Shown here in pieces: positions 10,948-25,103 of a stretch of 64,000 nucleotides of DNA. The notes under the pieces are model-generated. The model did not search any database. It saw only the letters and a program-made list of their open reading frames with translations, and was not told the origin of the DNA. The stretch is from contig CANKAJ010000001.1 of the NCBI GenBank assembly GCA_947479645.1, positions 75,537-139,536 of the forward strand, written 5' to 3'. Source of the stretch: Betaproteobacteria bacterium (GTDB lineage Bacteria > Pseudomonadota > Gammaproteobacteria > Burkholderiales > SG8-39). The position numbers were made by a program, and so were the translations under genes. Each line of letters starts with the position of its first letter. Position 1 is the first letter of the stretch.

Positions 10948-11034
10948 GCCGAGGTGGCGAAATTGGTAGACGCACCAGGTTCAGGTCCTGGCGGTGGCAA
11001 CACTGTGGGGGTTCGAGTCCCTTCCTCGGCACCA
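10948..11034 (+). tRNA. tRNA-Leu (anticodon CAG), type II long variable arm, CCA encoded
   Basis: Hand-folded. Acceptor GCCGAGG/CCTCGGC; anticodon stem CCAGG/CCTGG with loop TTCAGGT; T-loop GTTCGAGTC; 87 nt. Confidence 0.92.
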
Positions 11035-11159
11035 GCTTTTAACATATGAACTAGAGCCATCGAATAGTTTATATTGCTATACCTGAATTTTTTCTGTATG
11101 GGATTCACAATTCAGGAGCATCATAAGTTTGTACTTTGTATTAAGAGTCGAACTACCCC

Positions 11160-13611
<2,452 letters not shown>

Positions 13612-13652
13612 GCTGGAAATGAGTGTCACTGGCGGCATCAATAGTCCTGCCA

Positions 13653-13838
13653 TTACCTTAAAATTAACAGAATCAGCAGTCCGCCTATCATCGAAGTCAG
13701 CCCGAAAAACCTAATCTGGCCGTCACTTAGCGCGATAATGCGCCGAAATGTTTCTCGCCAGATTGTAGGCATAATAAAGGGCATAATTCCTTCAATAACC
13801 AGCATGAGTGCGATCGCCATTAGAAACGTCGAAATCAC
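13653..13838 (-). CDS. Small membrane protein, DUF2065/YjeT-like
   Basis: 61 aa with two hydrophobic helices. It sits in the conserved position between hflC and hisZ. Confidence 0.7.
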   Translation of the reverse strand: MISTFLMAIALMLVIEGIMPFIMPTIWRETFRRIIALSDGQIRFFGLTSMIGGLLILLILR

Positions 13839-13849
13839 TGTGCTGAAGG

Positions 13850-14728
13850 CTATTTTCCACCCTTGCCGGGGTTTCTGAAGTATCTAAAAAAATCCGAATT
13901 TGGTTCTAACACAAGCACATCGCTTTTGGTCTTGAAACCAGCACGATACGCTTCGAGGCTACGATAGAATGCATAGAACTCAGGATTCTGGCTAAAGGCC
14001 TGAGAATAGACTACAGAAGCCTTCCGATCGCCTTCCCCCTTGATTCGCTGCGCATTCTTGTAAGCTTCTGCAATAATAATTTCACGATCTTTATCCGCTT
14101 CGGCACGAATCTTTTCCCCATCGGAAAAACCTTGGGAACGTAATTCAGAAGCTACACTTTTACGTTCAGCATCCATTCGCCTAAATACAGACTCACTTAC
14201 TTCCTGGGGAAGTTCCACTCGCTTTAATCGTACATCAATCACTTCAACGCCGATTTTTCTTGAGTCTTCATCAATTTTCTTCGCGACTACTTCCATTATT
14301 TTATCGCGCTCTCCGGAGACAACGTCATGCACTGTCCGCTTACCAAACTCTTCCCTCAGCGCAGCATTCACAGTTTGTGAGAGTCTAGTTTGCGCACGAG
14401 CCTCATCTCCCTGAACGCTGACATAATACTGTTTCACATCGTGAATACGCCACTTCACAAATGAATCAATTAACAGATTTTTTTTCTCAGATGTAATAAA
14501 TCGTTCAGTATCAGGGGTATCCAATGTAAGGACACGGTTATCGTAATACCGAACGTTCTGGATTACTGGCAATTTAAAGTGCAGCCCGGGAACCAGAATT
14601 ACCTCCTTTATCTCCCCAAGTTGGAATACCACAGCATTTTCCCGCTGATCAACCGTAAATAATGACAATTTCGCCAACAATATTAGTCCTACTGCAAGGG
14701 CTATTACAGCATTCAGTCGATTGGTCAT
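13850..14728 (-). CDS. hflC: Protease modulator HflC (SPFH/band 7)
   Basis: 292 aa with an N-terminal TM helix plus an SPFH domain. The start overlaps the hflK stop by 4 nt. Confidence 0.93.
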   Translation of the reverse strand: MTNRLNAVIALAVGLILLAKLSLFTVDQRENAVVFQLGEIKEVILVPGLHFKLPVIQNVRYYDNRVLTLDTPDTERFITSEKKNLLIDSFVKWRIHDVKQYYVSVQGDEARAQTRLSQTVNAALREEFGKRTVHDVVSGERDKIMEVVAKKIDEDSRKIGVEVIDVRLKRVELPQEVSESVFRRMDAERKSVASELRSQGFSDGEKIRAEADKDREIIIAEAYKNAQRIKGEGDRKASVVYSQAFSQNPEFYAFYRSLEAYRAGFKTKSDVLVLEPNSDFFRYFRNPGKGGK

Positions 14729-15933
14729 GGTCGCCCCTCCCTATCTCTATTTCGCAATGCATCGCGTGAGCGTGCGCCACCATCTGGAGGTGCAGGAGGT
14801 TCAGTTTGAACTTGAGCTCGGGGTTGAATCTGTGGGTCCTGCAATAGCCCCCCCCCTGACATTTGAATAATTTTGTCAAGCGGCAAATACAACATCTGAC
14901 TACCGGCCCTCGCATCCACCATGACTTTAGAAGTCGATGAAAGTATCTGCTGCATGGTGTCAAGATACAATCGATCTCGCGTCACTCCTGGGGCCTTGTT
15001 GTACTCAACCACAACGGATTTGAAACGTGCAGCCTCCCCTTCAGCATTCGCAATTACCCTCTGACGATAGCCTTCCGCCTCCTCCATCAATCGTGCTGCT
15101 GTACCGCGTGCCTTAGGTACTACATCGTTATAGTAGGCTTGTCCTTCATTCTTCTGACGCTCCAAATCCTGCTTTGCGCGCACAGCATCATCAAATGCTG
15201 CTTGTACCTGCTCTGGCGGTTGAGCGTTTTGCATTGTCACTTTACTGATTGCTATTCCAGTCTTGTAACGATCAAGAATCTCCTGCATTAATTTTTGCCC
15301 GGCGACAGCAACCTGCTCTCTGCCTTCGTATAGGACATAGTCCATTTTATTCTTCCCGACAATTTCACGAAAAGCTGTTTCGGCTGCCTGCAACACCGCT
15401 TCCTCAGGGCGTCTGTTATTAAAAAGATAATCCTCTGGATCCTTAAGGATGTATTGCACCGCAAACTGAATATCAATGATGTTTTCATCATCTGTAAGCA
15501 TTAAAGATTCACGCAGTACTTTTGTTTTTACATTGTTCCTATAACCAACTTCCACCGTTCGCACGCTAGTTAATTCAACTATTTCATGACTTTGAATTGG
15601 GTATGGCAATCTCCAGCGAAGGCCGGCGTTTGTAGTTTCTGAAAACTTTCCAAAGGTCAACACAACTCCGCGTTGCCCCTCTACCACAATATAAAAACCA
15701 CTTGTCAGCCAAACAACCAGTATCAAACCTAGAAGCAATCCGATACCACTGCCTAATTGTTTAAAACTGGGCGGTTCTCCTGACCCTGATCCGTTGCCTT
15801 CCGTGCCGTGTCGAGCAAATAATTTATTAAACTTTTTGCAGAAAGTTCGCCACAATTCATCCAGGTCAGGCGGCCCCTGATTACCACTTCCTCCGCCTGG
15901 TCGCTTTCCCCACTGGGGATCATTGAGTGACAT
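14725..15933 (-). CDS. hflK: Protease modulator HflK (SPFH/band 7)
   Basis: 402 aa: Gly-rich N-terminus, TM helix, SPFH domain. Immediately downstream of hflX. Confidence 0.93.
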   Translation of the reverse strand: MSLNDPQWGKRPGGGSGNQGPPDLDELWRTFCKKFNKLFARHGTEGNGSGSGEPPSFKQLGSGIGLLLGLILVVWLTSGFYIVVEGQRGVVLTFGKFSETTNAGLRWRLPYPIQSHEIVELTSVRTVEVGYRNNVKTKVLRESLMLTDDENIIDIQFAVQYILKDPEDYLFNNRRPEEAVLQAAETAFREIVGKNKMDYVLYEGREQVAVAGQKLMQEILDRYKTGIAISKVTMQNAQPPEQVQAAFDDAVRAKQDLERQKNEGQAYYNDVVPKARGTAARLMEEAEGYRQRVIANAEGEAARFKSVVVEYNKAPGVTRDRLYLDTMQQILSSTSKVMVDARAGSQMLYLPLDKIIQMSGGGLLQDPQIQPRAQVQTEPPAPPDGGARSRDALRNRDREGRP

Positions 15934-15942
15934 AAAGGTTAT

Positions 15943-17121
15943 CTAATTCAATTCGTTGGAGTTAAATTCGCCGTGGGCCTTGGCGAACGATGTGTTTGAA
16001 AGACCAACTGCGCTTTCAACAAGCGCTTGTCGCAGATACTCTACACCGCTACCCGAGTGTGCACTTAGACGCACTCTTGAAATCTTACCATATTCATCGC
16101 GCTCAATTCCGGGGTCAAGACTGTAACCTTGTCGATCGATATCAATCTTGTTCCAAACCAATATCTGTGGAACGCAGTCAGCCCCAATCTCGACCAGTAC
16201 TTTATTGACTTCTGCCACCTGCTCATCCCGCCGCATGCTCGCAGAATCCACTACATGCAGTAATAAGTCAGCACTCCTAGTTTCTTCCAACGTAGTCCGA
16301 AAGGACTCGACCAAGGCATGCGGCAATTCATGAATAAAACCGACGGTATCAGAAATTACAATAGTACCGGCCCCTTCAAGATAAAAACGTCGGCTAGTTG
16401 TATCCAAGGTCGCAAAGAGTTTGTCGGCTACGAATGTGTCAGCGTGCGTTAGCGTATTGAAAAGCGTCGACTTCCCAACATTCGTATACCCCACCAAGGA
16501 TATGGACAATACTCCAGCTCTATCTCTTAACCGACGCTGAACTCGTTTTTGCTGTTTCAACTTAAACAATTGATCCTTTAGGATCTTAACCCGGCGGCCA
16601 ATTAGTCTGCGATCCACTTCAAGCTGTGTTTCTCCCATTCCCCCTAGAAACCCGTGGCCTCCGCGCTGCCGCTCCAAATGTGTCCACCCGCGAACTAATC
16701 GCGTGGATGCATGTTCAAGTTGCGCCAATTCAACTTGTAGTTTGCCTTCATGGCTTTTCGCCCGCTGACCAAAAATTTCCAGTATCAAGCTTGTGCGATC
16801 GAGAGTGCGAGCTTCAAGTACTTTTTCTAGATTCCTCTGCTGCGCGGGGGATAATTCATGATTGAATATCGCAAGCTTTGCAGAGTTAGCTTGCATAATT
16901 ATCCGAAGTTCTTCTACTTTACCCGCGCCAGCAAAAAGCGCGGTATCTGGGCGATTGCGTTTAGCCAGAATTGTATGTACAGGATCTAATCCCGCACTTA
17001 CTGCAAGCAACCTGAGTTCTTCAAGACTTTCCGCAAAACCATCCTGACCGAAATCAATCCCGATCAAGACAGTTCGTTGATTACTCAAGGATGCTGACTC
17101 ACGCACCAAGATTAAGGCCAA
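15943..17121 (-). CDS. hflX: GTPase HflX
   Basis: G1 motif [13 protein letters not shown]3 motif DTVGF, G4 motif NKID. Position matches the hfq-hflX-hflK-hflC order. Confidence 0.95.
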   Translation of the reverse strand: MALILVRESASLSNQRTVLIGIDFGQDGFAESLEELRLLAVSAGLDPVHTILAKRNRPDTALFAGAGKVEELRIIMQANSAKLAIFNHELSPAQQRNLEKVLEARTLDRTSLILEIFGQRAKSHEGKLQVELAQLEHASTRLVRGWTHLERQRGGHGFLGGMGETQLEVDRRLIGRRVKILKDQLFKLKQQKRVQRRLRDRAGVLSISLVGYTNVGKSTLFNTLTHADTFVADKLFATLDTTSRRFYLEGAGTIVISDTVGFIHELPHALVESFRTTLEETRSADLLLHVVDSASMRRDEQVAEVNKVLVEIGADCVPQILVWNKIDIDRQGYSLDPGIERDEYGKISRVRLSAHSGSGVEYLRQALVESAVGLSNTSFAKAHGEFNSNELN

Positions 17122-17147
17122 TAAACCGCAGCCCCCACGAACTCACT

Positions 17148-17387
17148 TCAGCTTTCGTTCGGTTGCTCAATTGCGAAAATGACTGCACGAGTGGGAACTA
17201 CTGTAGAAATCGCGTGCTTATAAACCATTTGAGTAACTGTATTTTTCAGCAGCACGACATATTGATCAAAGGATTCAATTTGACCTTGCAACTTGATACC
17301 ATTCACCAAGTAGATAGACACTGGAACATGTTCTTTTCGCAATGTATTCAGGAATGGATCTTGCAGTAACTGTCCCTTATTGCTCAT
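17148..17387 (-). CDS. hfq: RNA chaperone Hfq
   Basis: [49 protein letters not shown] carries the canonical Sm1/Sm2 motifs. Confidence 0.98.
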   Translation of the reverse strand: MSNKGQLLQDPFLNTLRKEHVPVSIYLVNGIKLQGQIESFDQYVVLLKNTVTQMVYKHAISTVVPTRAVIFAIEQPNES

Positions 17388-17469
17388 CAGATAACTCCTG
17401 GGCTCTTATTTAGAGTGTCTACTGTAATCTTTTTTTGCTGTGATGCCAACGCCTTATACACATTAATCA

Positions 17470-18810
17470 TTATTCTCGTTTACCCGCAAAAGGATTGGGC
17501 CCACTGCGAAACTCTACCCTTAGAGGTGTTCCCTCTAGGGAAAACGTCTCACGAAACATGCTTTCCAGGTAGCGACGATAACTGGCAGGAATTGCATTTA
17601 GCGCAGACCCGTGAATAATAATTATGGGCGGGTTACGACCACCTTGATGAGCAAATCGCAATTTCGGACGTCCTTTACCATCGCGCGGGGGTTGTTGCTT
17701 AATCACAGCTGCAAGGAGTGCTCGCGTAAGTCGAGGAGTTGCTAAACTAGCCATCGCTGCCTGATAAGCTTGATCCACTGAGTTCATCAATGAACCAATC
17801 CCCTCACGCTTTTGCGCCGAAACGTAGTGAAATCTAGAATAGGATAAGAATCTAAGTTTACGGGCAATACTACGCTTTACAAGTTCCTTTTGATACTCGT
17901 CAGGAGAGTCCCATTTATTGACCACCACCACTAGTGCACGCCCACGCTCCAACACGTATCCTGCAAGATGGGCATCCTGCTCTGACACGTCCTCTTTTGC
18001 ATCCAAGACAAGTACGACAACATTTGCCTCTTCAATTGACTGGAGCGTCTTTACGACAGAAAATTTTTCAATAGCCTCAAAGACTTTTCCCTTACGCCTT
18101 ACACCTGCAGTATCAATTAAGATATAACTGCGTCTATCGAATTGAAATTCAATATGAATACTGTCCCTGGTTGTTCCTGGTTGGTCAAAAGCAATTACTC
18201 TTTCTTCTCCAATCAATGCGTTTATTAAAGTCGATTTTCCAACGTTAGGTCTGCCAACAATAGCAACTTTGGGAACATTTATTTTGTGATCTTTGGCATC
18301 CTCCTCTTCTAAATTAGCAAAAGGGGTCAATACCTCATCGACCAGTTCGGCTACTCCTTGGCCATGCGCAGATGAAATTGCACGTGGCAGTCCTAATCCC
18401 AATTCATGGAATTCAGCTTCGGCCATATCGGAGGACATGCCTTCTGCTTTATTGACCACGAGATACACGGGGCGCCCTAAACGTCGCAGCTGATCAGCTA
18501 TCCTTCTGTCATGCGCGGTAACGCCTTCGCGGGCACTTGTTAGGAATATGATTGCATCGGACTCTGCTATAGCAGTTGCAGTCTGCTCTGCCATTTTGGA
18601 CAAAATCCCTACTTTAGTTTCAGGATCAAGTCCGCCAGTATCAACAACCAAAAAGGGCTTCCTGCCCAACTTTCCGATTCCGTAATGTCGGTCCCTGGTA
18701 AGTCCAGGGAAATCTGCTACAAGAGCATCTCTGCTCTTTGTCATACGATTGAATAGCGTGGACTTGCCGACGTTTGGTCGACCAATTAGTACGAGGATTG
18801 GGTTCATCAT
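17470..18810 (-). CDS. der: Ribosome-associated GTPase Der (EngA)
   Basis: Two GTPase domains ([12 protein letters not shown] and [12 protein letters not shown]) plus a KH-like C-terminus. The ORF-track start (18822) is a TTG; the ATGs at 18810 or 18807 are more likely. Confidence 0.95.
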   Translation of the reverse strand: MMNPILVLIGRPNVGKSTLFNRMTKSRDALVADFPGLTRDRHYGIGKLGRKPFLVVDTGGLDPETKVGILSKMAEQTATAIAESDAIIFLTSAREGVTAHDRRIADQLRRLGRPVYLVVNKAEGMSSDMAEAEFHELGLGLPRAISSAHGQGVAELVDEVLTPFANLEEEDAKDHKINVPKVAIVGRPNVGKSTLINALIGEERVIAFDQPGTTRDSIHIEFQFDRRSYILIDTAGVRRKGKVFEAIEKFSVVKTLQSIEEANVVVLVLDAKEDVSEQDAHLAGYVLERGRALVVVVNKWDSPDEYQKELVKRSIARKLRFLSYSRFHYVSAQKREGIGSLMNSVDQAYQAAMASLATPRLTRALLAAVIKQQPPRDGKGRPKLRFAHQGGRNPPIIIIHGSALNAIPASYRRYLESMFRETFSLEGTPLRVEFRSGPNPFAGKRE

Positions 18811-18943
18811 TACTACGCGCAATCAATAATAACTACAGGTGCTTTGGTTACAGCAATTAACGCCATGGCGTTACATTCAATACAAATCATCACAACTTTC
18901 AATGGCCATAAGACAATTAACAGAATCGAGGAATCTATAAACA

Positions 18944-20125
18944 TTAATTTGTGAAAACAAACAAGCCCCCTGCACGCGTTTGTACCAGAAATCCCTTGTC
19001 AATTAGTATTGGCGCAGCTGTGACTGCGCTACCATCAGTCGAAATTCGTTCTTCGAACTCTCCGGAATCACGGCTTACCAAATGAATAAATCCTTGAATA
19101 TCTGCCACGATAATGTGATTACCCAAGGATAAAGGGGCTGTCAGGCTGCGCCGCAATAATTTGTCTTGTTTCCAGATACTAGTTCCATTCGCTCGATCAA
19201 GGGCGTGAATTGCACCTCCATCATCACTGACAAATAAATATCTAGCATCCGCAGCTAACCCCGATACGCTAGACATGTCCCTTCCCCAAATCGGATTGCC
19301 ATTGGTTATATCAAAGCATGCTACACGCCCCTGAAATGCGACAGCACAGATTTCCCGATCTAAGACCCACGGCAATCCAACAACATCGGTTACACGATCT
19401 AGGTCATTGCTACCACGAGGCAAGGAAACCGTTGCTTCCCAACGTACCCCACCTGTAGACAAGGACATTGCTACTAGTTTTCCTCCAGAAAATCCGGAAT
19501 AAACATTTCCACGAGACACCACAAGCCCAGCTGGACTACGCACAGCTAGTGTCGAAGCAGATCGCTGATAGACCCAGCGGCGTCGACCATCCTTGGCATC
19601 CAATGCAAAAATACGGCTATCTGCACTCCGTACTAGCACTATGTCTCCTGCGATTACCGGAGCTGCCAAGACTTCGCTAGATACCCGTACTCGCCATCGT
19701 AAACTTCCGTTTTCGGAGTCAACAGCGATTACCTCTCCGTCAGCCGTACCAACCACAGCCGTACTGGAGTCTGCGCCAACTCCACCAGATAAAACACGTC
19801 CAACGTTGACAAGCCAGTTTTGGTGACCACTTGACTGGTCATACCTAGCAATATTCCCTGCTCTATCTGCGGCGTAAATTGAGCCTGCCACTACCGCTGG
19901 TGAAAAAACGACATCCCCAGCCGTACCCATTTTTGCCTGCCAAAGCAGACGCAGAGTTGCAGAGCCCTTGACCGCGGGCAGTTCTGCGAGCTTTGGCGCC
20001 GAATTACCGCTCCACCAATCCAGGGGATTCAGACTGGGCGTACTAGAACATCCCATAAAAAAGACGAGCAAAGCTACCGCAATCAGCCAGTGCCCTTTAG
20101 CAATCAATTGGCTTAAGAAACGCAT
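18944..20125 (-). CDS. bamB: Outer-membrane protein assembly factor BamB (PQQ-like beta-propeller lipoprotein)
   Basis: Lipobox FFMGCSS and repeated propeller blades. Conserved position between yfgM and der. Confidence 0.88.
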   Translation of the reverse strand: MRFLSQLIAKGHWLIAVALLVFFMGCSSTPSLNPLDWWSGNSAPKLAELPAVKGSATLRLLWQAKMGTAGDVVFSPAVVAGSIYAADRAGNIARYDQSSGHQNWLVNVGRVLSGGVGADSSTAVVGTADGEVIAVDSENGSLRWRVRVSSEVLAAPVIAGDIVLVRSADSRIFALDAKDGRRRWVYQRSASTLAVRSPAGLVVSRGNVYSGFSGGKLVAMSLSTGGVRWEATVSLPRGSNDLDRVTDVVGLPWVLDREICAVAFQGRVACFDITNGNPIWGRDMSSVSGLAADARYLFVSDDGGAIHALDRANGTSIWKQDKLLRRSLTAPLSLGNHIIVADIQGFIHLVSRDSGEFEERISTDGSAVTAAPILIDKGFLVQTRAGGLFVFTN

Positions 20126-20763
20126 CAGGATTCGCCCAAAGCATCCAGTTTGAGTTGCACTAGTTCACGCATGGAGGAATCGAGTTTTGCTGGACTATTT
20201 AGAGCCGACTTGTAAGCTGTCCTGGCCTCTTGCAACTTCTTCTGTGACAGCAAGATATCTCCACGTGCGATCGAAAATAATGCCTCGTATTCATCGATGG
20301 CCTTTTCCTCCAGCAATTTAGCTGCTTCCTCAGGAGCTTGATCGTCAACTAGAACATTTGCCAGCCTGAGTCTGGCTATCGACTTAAACTGGATAGAAGG
20401 TGCGTGATCAACCGCCCACTGCAACTGCACCCGTGCAGTCTTTAAATCTCCAGCCTGATAATGAATCTTTGCTGACAACAAAGCAGCAAGCGGAGCGTAA
20501 ATTGTCCTTGGATATTGTTCCAGGATCGAACCTGTTGCGTCACGTGAAGCCTTGATATCATTGACTCGCACGGCTTTTTGCAATTGTTCATAGATACTTG
20601 CCGCCTGCCCAGCCTGATTGCGCTGATACCAGTTCCACCCTTGCCAAGCTGATAACGTCAGCAATATTCCGATCAAGACTACAGTAACTATACCGCTATA
20701 TTGCTTCCACCACGCTCTCAATGCTGCCAGTTGTTCTTGCTCTTCAAGATCATAAGTACTCAT
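20125..20763 (-). CDS. yfgM: YfgM-family membrane-anchored TPR protein
   Basis: N-terminus EEQEQLAALRAWWKQYSGIV, a TM helix, then TPR-like repeats. Lies between hisS and bamB. Confidence 0.8.
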   Translation of the reverse strand: MSTYDLEEQEQLAALRAWWKQYSGIVTVVLIGILLTLSAWQGWNWYQRNQAGQAASIYEQLQKAVRVNDIKASRDATGSILEQYPRTIYAPLAALLSAKIHYQAGDLKTARVQLQWAVDHAPSIQFKSIARLRLANVLVDDQAPEEAAKLLEEKAIDEYEALFSIARGDILLSQKKLQEARTAYKSALNSPAKLDSSMRELVQLKLDALGES

Positions 20764-22064
20764 GAATGCCCACCCTCACTAATGCTGATCGGATCCCGTC
20801 GCAAATATTCGGAAATCACGTTCGATAATCCATCTACAGAAATCTTAAATTGTTCTTTATTCTCTCGTAATGCTTTGACAGTGACAATTCCGGTGGCAAT
20901 TTCCTCATCACCCACAATTACCGCGAGTGGCGCCCCACTGGAGTCAGCTTTTTTCATTTGCGACTTGAAACTGCCCCCACCGCAATGCTGGATAACACTG
21001 ATGCCGTGAGCACGAAGTATTTCAGATATGCGAAAAGCATATCTGACTGCGCCTTCACCTTTATTGACCAGATAGATATCTGGCACGTTGCGTTTAATAT
21101 CAATTTGTTGGGACTCCAACAAAGCTAAAAGCCGCTCAATGCCCATTGCCCATCCAAAAGCGGGGATACTCTTGCCACCTATCTGCTCGAATAACCCATC
21201 ATAACGTCCCCCGCCACAAACCGTTCCTTGTGCACCTAGCCTATCTGTTACCCATTCAAAAACAGTTAGATTGTAGTAATCAAGACCGCGTACCAATCTA
21301 GGATTTACTTGATAAGAAACACCCGCATCATTTAATACAGATCTAACGCCATCAAAATGCTTGAGTGATTCCTCTCCCATGTAGTCAAAGAGTTGTGGGA
21401 CTTCTGCAATTAAATTCTGCATATCCGGATTCTTGCTATCGAGTATTCGCAGTGGATTAAGATTCAGGCGTCGACGTGAATCCTCATCCAAATCGGATAT
21501 GTGAGCCTCAAAGTATCCTACAAGGGCCTTACGATAGATGAGTCTCTCTTGCGAGCTTCCAAGTGAGTTCAAATGCAGCTTAAGTCCATTTAGATTCAGC
21601 TTGTTCCATAAACTCTCACACATCAGTAGCTGTTCTGCATCAATATCAGGTCCCGAAAATCCGAGTGCCTCCGCCCCAATCTGATGAAACTGACGATAGC
21701 GCCCCTTCTGAGGTCTTTCGTGGCGATACATTGGACCTAGATAATATAGGCGTTGAGGCCCTGAATAAGTGAGATTATGCTCAATTGCGGCACGGACCGT
21801 CGAGGCGGTTGCCTCAGGGCGCAAAGACAATCTCTCTCCATTCAAAGCGTCTTCAAAGCTATACATTTCCTTTTCAACAATATCAGTCGCCTCCCCAATG
21901 GCCCGAAGAAACAAACCAGTGTTCTCTAAGATGGGCGTACGTATATTGCGATAACCATAACTGCGTAGCCAAGCCCGAAGAATTTCCTCAAGCCATTCCC
22001 ACCGTTCAGCCTCGTCGGGAAGAATATCATTCATCCCTCGAATTGCATGAATCGCTGCTTTCAT
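20760..22064 (-). CDS. hisS: Histidine--tRNA ligase
   Basis: Class II aaRS motifs: IRGMNDILP, YLGPMYRHERPQKGRYRQFHQIGAE, GGGRYDGL. Confidence 0.96.
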   Translation of the reverse strand: MKAAIHAIRGMNDILPDEAERWEWLEEILRAWLRSYGYRNIRTPILENTGLFLRAIGEATDIVEKEMYSFEDALNGERLSLRPEATASTVRAAIEHNLTYSGPQRLYYLGPMYRHERPQKGRYRQFHQIGAEALGFSGPDIDAEQLLMCESLWNKLNLNGLKLHLNSLGSSQERLIYRKALVGYFEAHISDLDEDSRRRLNLNPLRILDSKNPDMQNLIAEVPQLFDYMGEESLKHFDGVRSVLNDAGVSYQVNPRLVRGLDYYNLTVFEWVTDRLGAQGTVCGGGRYDGLFEQIGGKSIPAFGWAMGIERLLALLESQQIDIKRNVPDIYLVNKGEGAVRYAFRISEILRAHGISVIQHCGGGSFKSQMKKADSSGAPLAVIVGDEEIATGIVTVKALRENKEQFKISVDGLSNVISEYLRRDPISISEGGHS

Positions 22065-22087
22065 AAAATTACCCTACTAACAGCCGA

Positions 22088-23389
22088 TTATTGAAATGCT
22101 TTAATTGGAATGCTCTTATTCTTAATACTAGATGTACCGGACATAAATGATTCAGTCTTTTCAAAAACGTATGTGCGCGTTACATAAGATTCAACTATTG
22201 CTTCAAACTCTTTTGCGATATGTTCACCTTTTAAAGTAACCGTTTTAACGCCATCGACATAGACAGGCGCAACAGGTCTTTCGCCGGAGCCAGGTAAACT
22301 AATTCCGATATTTGCGTGCATGGATTCCCCAGGACCATTCACTACGCATCCCATTACAGCTACACGCATATCCTCCACACCTGGATAACTTAACCGCCAA
22401 ACTGGCATTTGAGTGCGCAAGAACGCTTGAATATTGGCTGCCAATTCCTGAAAATAAGTGCTTGTTGTGCGACCACACCCGGGGCAAGCAATGACCATTG
22501 GGGAAAATGAACGTATTCCCATTGTCTGCAACAACTCCTGTGCAACAATAACTTCTTTTGTTCTATCCCCGCCTGGATCTGGAGTTAGCGAGACTCTGAT
22601 CGTATCACCTATCCCTTCCTGCAATAGCACCGCCATTGCTGCTGTGGAAGCCACTATTCCCTTTGAGCCCATTCCTGCCTCAGTCAGGCCCAGGTGAAGA
22701 GGATAGTCACAACGACTCGCCAGATCACGATACACCAGGATCAAATCCTGAACGCCGCTTACTTTGCAAGAAAGAATAATTTGATTCTTAGGCAATCCCA
22801 ATTGCTCCGCCCTAGCAGCTGATTCAAGTGCCGATGCGACGAGTGCATCACGCATTATTTTCTTTGAGTCCTTAGGCACAGATGACTTGGCATTAGCATC
22901 CATTAGGCGCGCAAGTAACTCCTGATCAAGGCTCCCCCAATTTACGCCAATTCTCACCGGTCTATCATTGCAGCAAGCCAATTCGATCATTGTCGCAAAC
23001 TGCTCATCACGCTTTGAACCTCGTCCAACATTGCCTGGGTTAATTCGGTACTTAGCAAGTGCCCTTGCACAATCAGGATACTCAACCAAGAGTTTGTGCC
23101 CGTTATAGTGAAAGTCACCTACTAACGGAACTTTACAGTTCAACGCGTCAAGACGCTCACGAATGTTTGCTACCTGTGCAGCAGCCTCTGCCGAGTTGAC
23201 CGTGATCCGAACAATCTCCGATCCAGCTCGTGCCAATTCCATAATTTGGACGACAGTAGCCTGCATATCGGCAGTATCCGTATTCGTCATAGACTGCACC
23301 AGCACCGGCGCATCACCGCCAATTGCAAGATGCCCAACCTTTACTTGCTTACAGACACGACGAACCATTATTGCAGATGACATACTCAC
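22088..23389 (-). CDS. ispG: 4-hydroxy-3-methylbut-2-en-1-yl diphosphate synthase (flavodoxin) IspG
   Basis: VQSMTNTDT and the [4Fe-4S] motifs ACPGCGRT...GCVVNGPGE. 433 aa. Confidence 0.95.
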   Translation of the reverse strand: MSMSSAIMVRRVCKQVKVGHLAIGGDAPVLVQSMTNTDTADMQATVVQIMELARAGSEIVRITVNSAEAAAQVANIRERLDALNCKVPLVGDFHYNGHKLLVEYPDCARALAKYRINPGNVGRGSKRDEQFATMIELACCNDRPVRIGVNWGSLDQELLARLMDANAKSSVPKDSKKIMRDALVASALESAARAEQLGLPKNQIILSCKVSGVQDLILVYRDLASRCDYPLHLGLTEAGMGSKGIVASTAAMAVLLQEGIGDTIRVSLTPDPGGDRTKEVIVAQELLQTMGIRSFSPMVIACPGCGRTTSTYFQELAANIQAFLRTQMPVWRLSYPGVEDMRVAVMGCVVNGPGESMHANIGISLPGSGERPVAPVYVDGVKTVTLKGEHIAKEFEAIVESYVTRTYVFEKTESFMSGTSSIKNKSIPIKAFQ

Positions 23390-24273
23390 TCCAGCGTTAG
23401 ACGCGCCACATCAACTTTAAAGTAAGGGCGTAAATCAATAAGTTGATCATCATAAAAAACATGGACATTTGGCGCATTCCCGATCACCAAAAGAAATGGA
23501 GGTGTACCTTCAATCAGCTGTTTTGATCCACCGGCATTTAATTGAGACAGCAAGGTTTTGCCATCACCTTGCTTAATCTCAACCCAAGAGTCACGATCGA
23601 ATCGAAGCATTATGCGTTTCCCCCCCATTTTCATTGGTGTGGCAGCTTGGGAGACGCTTCGAGGCGAACCTACTTCCGCCACGCGCACTAAAGGGACTTT
23701 AGGAACACTGTTGTATCCAATATCGTCAACAGGGCTAGCAGAGCCATCACCATTTAAGTCAATCTGAGATTCCTGCTTTTGAGGCCCTGTAAGCATTTGT
23801 TGCTCAGACTTAACTGCAGAGTTTGTCAGGGTTGACATAGGCGAAAATAATTCAGCAGACCGCCATTCATACAAAAGAGCTGCAGCAATACCAACCGCAC
23901 ATACGGACATTACTCGATATAGTCTTGTAGTTTGTTTATTAACATTTGAAAATGGAATTCCAATTGCGTGTAAGTTTAAGTTTACTTTATCTGGGGGCGG
24001 TTGCCGATTTAGTACGGCCAATACAACTTCAGGATCAACATCTAATAGTTTCGCGTAACTTCGGATCATACCTCGGACATAAGTCGTACCCGGCAATTGA
24101 GAATAATCACCGTCTTCAAGCGCTTCGATTTGTCGAATTCCATATTTCAAACGCTGAGAAACTTCTGCCAAAGTTAAATTTCGCTCGCTTCGAAATCGAG
24201 CCAAAATCACACCCACCGAAGATGTACCACCTTCGGTCGATCCAGTATCCAACTCTTTGACGGCATCATCCAT
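23386..24273 (-). CDS. rodZ: Cytoskeleton protein RodZ (HTH + TM + C-terminal domain)
   Basis: N-terminal Xre-type HTH ([21 protein letters not shown]), a central TM helix, and a conserved C-terminus. Overlaps the ispG start by 4 nt. Confidence 0.82.
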   Translation of the reverse strand: MDDAVKELDTGSTEGGTSSVGVILARFRSERNLTLAEVSQRLKYGIRQIEALEDGDYSQLPGTTYVRGMIRSYAKLLDVDPEVVLAVLNRQPPPDKVNLNLHAIGIPFSNVNKQTTRLYRVMSVCAVGIAAALLYEWRSAELFSPMSTLTNSAVKSEQQMLTGPQKQESQIDLNGDGSASPVDDIGYNSVPKVPLVRVAEVGSPRSVSQAATPMKMGGKRIMLRFDRDSWVEIKQGDGKTLLSQLNAGGSKQLIEGTPPFLLVIGNAPNVHVFYDDQLIDLRPYFKVDVARLTLE

Positions 24274-24287
24274 GCAATGGCTACAAT

Positions 24288-25103
24288 TTAATTGAACTGA
24301 CCCTTAATCAACCCTTGATACTCTGGTGATCCTGGAAATTGGCGCCTCAACTGTAGCGCTAGATTATTCTCAGCTGCTTTATCTCCCAACCGTCGTTCTA
24401 TGCGCAGAGCGAGCCAAAGCGACTCCGCCGTTGCATCAACAAGCTTGGTGTAACGACCTATAAGCAATTGTGATTCGGCGAGTTCGCCTCTTTTGTACCG
24501 AAGCTGTGCCATTCCCATAATTGCGCCAAGGTAATTCGGATCCAGCCGAAGCGCCTTTTCATAGTACTCAAGCGCTTCTGTATCCTTATTTTTTCGAACG
24601 GCGCAATTTGCTGCCAACAAATAGGATTTTTGAGGGGTCGAATATAATGGGTTACGAATAGCTGCAAGGAAATAGCGTAAAGACAACTCTTCTCGGTCAG
24701 TCCGGCAAAGAAACCAGCCATAATTATGATTGGCATCCGGATCGGTTGGACTAATACGCAATGACCTCTCGAAATTGGCCTGAGCCTGATCATATTCACG
24801 CAAATCCGAATGAACTAACCCAAGCACATTGTAGGCAGGTGCATAGCTAGGATCTGCAGCGATCGCAACCCTCAATTCTTCCAAGGCCACTGCCATATTT
24901 CCACGTTCGTAATAAGCACCCGCGAGCTCTGTATGAATACGTGCCCTATCCCGAGGCGGGCTCTGTTCAGCAATCACAGCTCCTGATTCTGTCGGAAGCT
25001 CCGCTGATCGATCAGGACTTCCTGTAGATGGTACCGTTCCCACACAGCCAGCCAATATCCACAAAAACGACAAACTATAGCAAAGCCCGACTCTGCCAAT
25101 CAT
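24288..25103 (-). CDS. pilW: Type IV pilus biogenesis/stability TPR lipoprotein PilW
   Basis: Lipobox ILAGC and TPR repeats. Conserved slot between rlmN and rodZ/ispG in betaproteobacteria. Confidence 0.75.
   Translation of the reverse strand: MIGRVGLCYSLSFLWILAGCVGTVPSTGSPDRSAELPTESGAVIAEQSPPRDRARIHTELAGAYYERGNMAVALEELRVAIAADPSYAPAYNVLGLVHSDLREYDQAQANFERSLRISPTDPDANHNYGWFLCRTDREELSLRYFLAAIRNPLYSTPQKSYLLAANCAVRKNKDTEALEYYEKALRLDPNYLGAIMGMAQLRYKRGELAESQLLIGRYTKLVDATAESLWLALRIERRLGDKAAENNLALQLRRQFPGSPEYQGLIKGQFN

Noticed and set aside
10911-11108. 65-aa ORF overlapping tRNA-Leu(CAG), plus ORFs 58618-58941, 58796-58987 and 58821-59105 overlapping the tRNA-Leu/Cys/Gly cluster.
   Set aside because: These sequences fold as canonical tRNAs. 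The ORFs are artefacts of reading through structured RNA genes.
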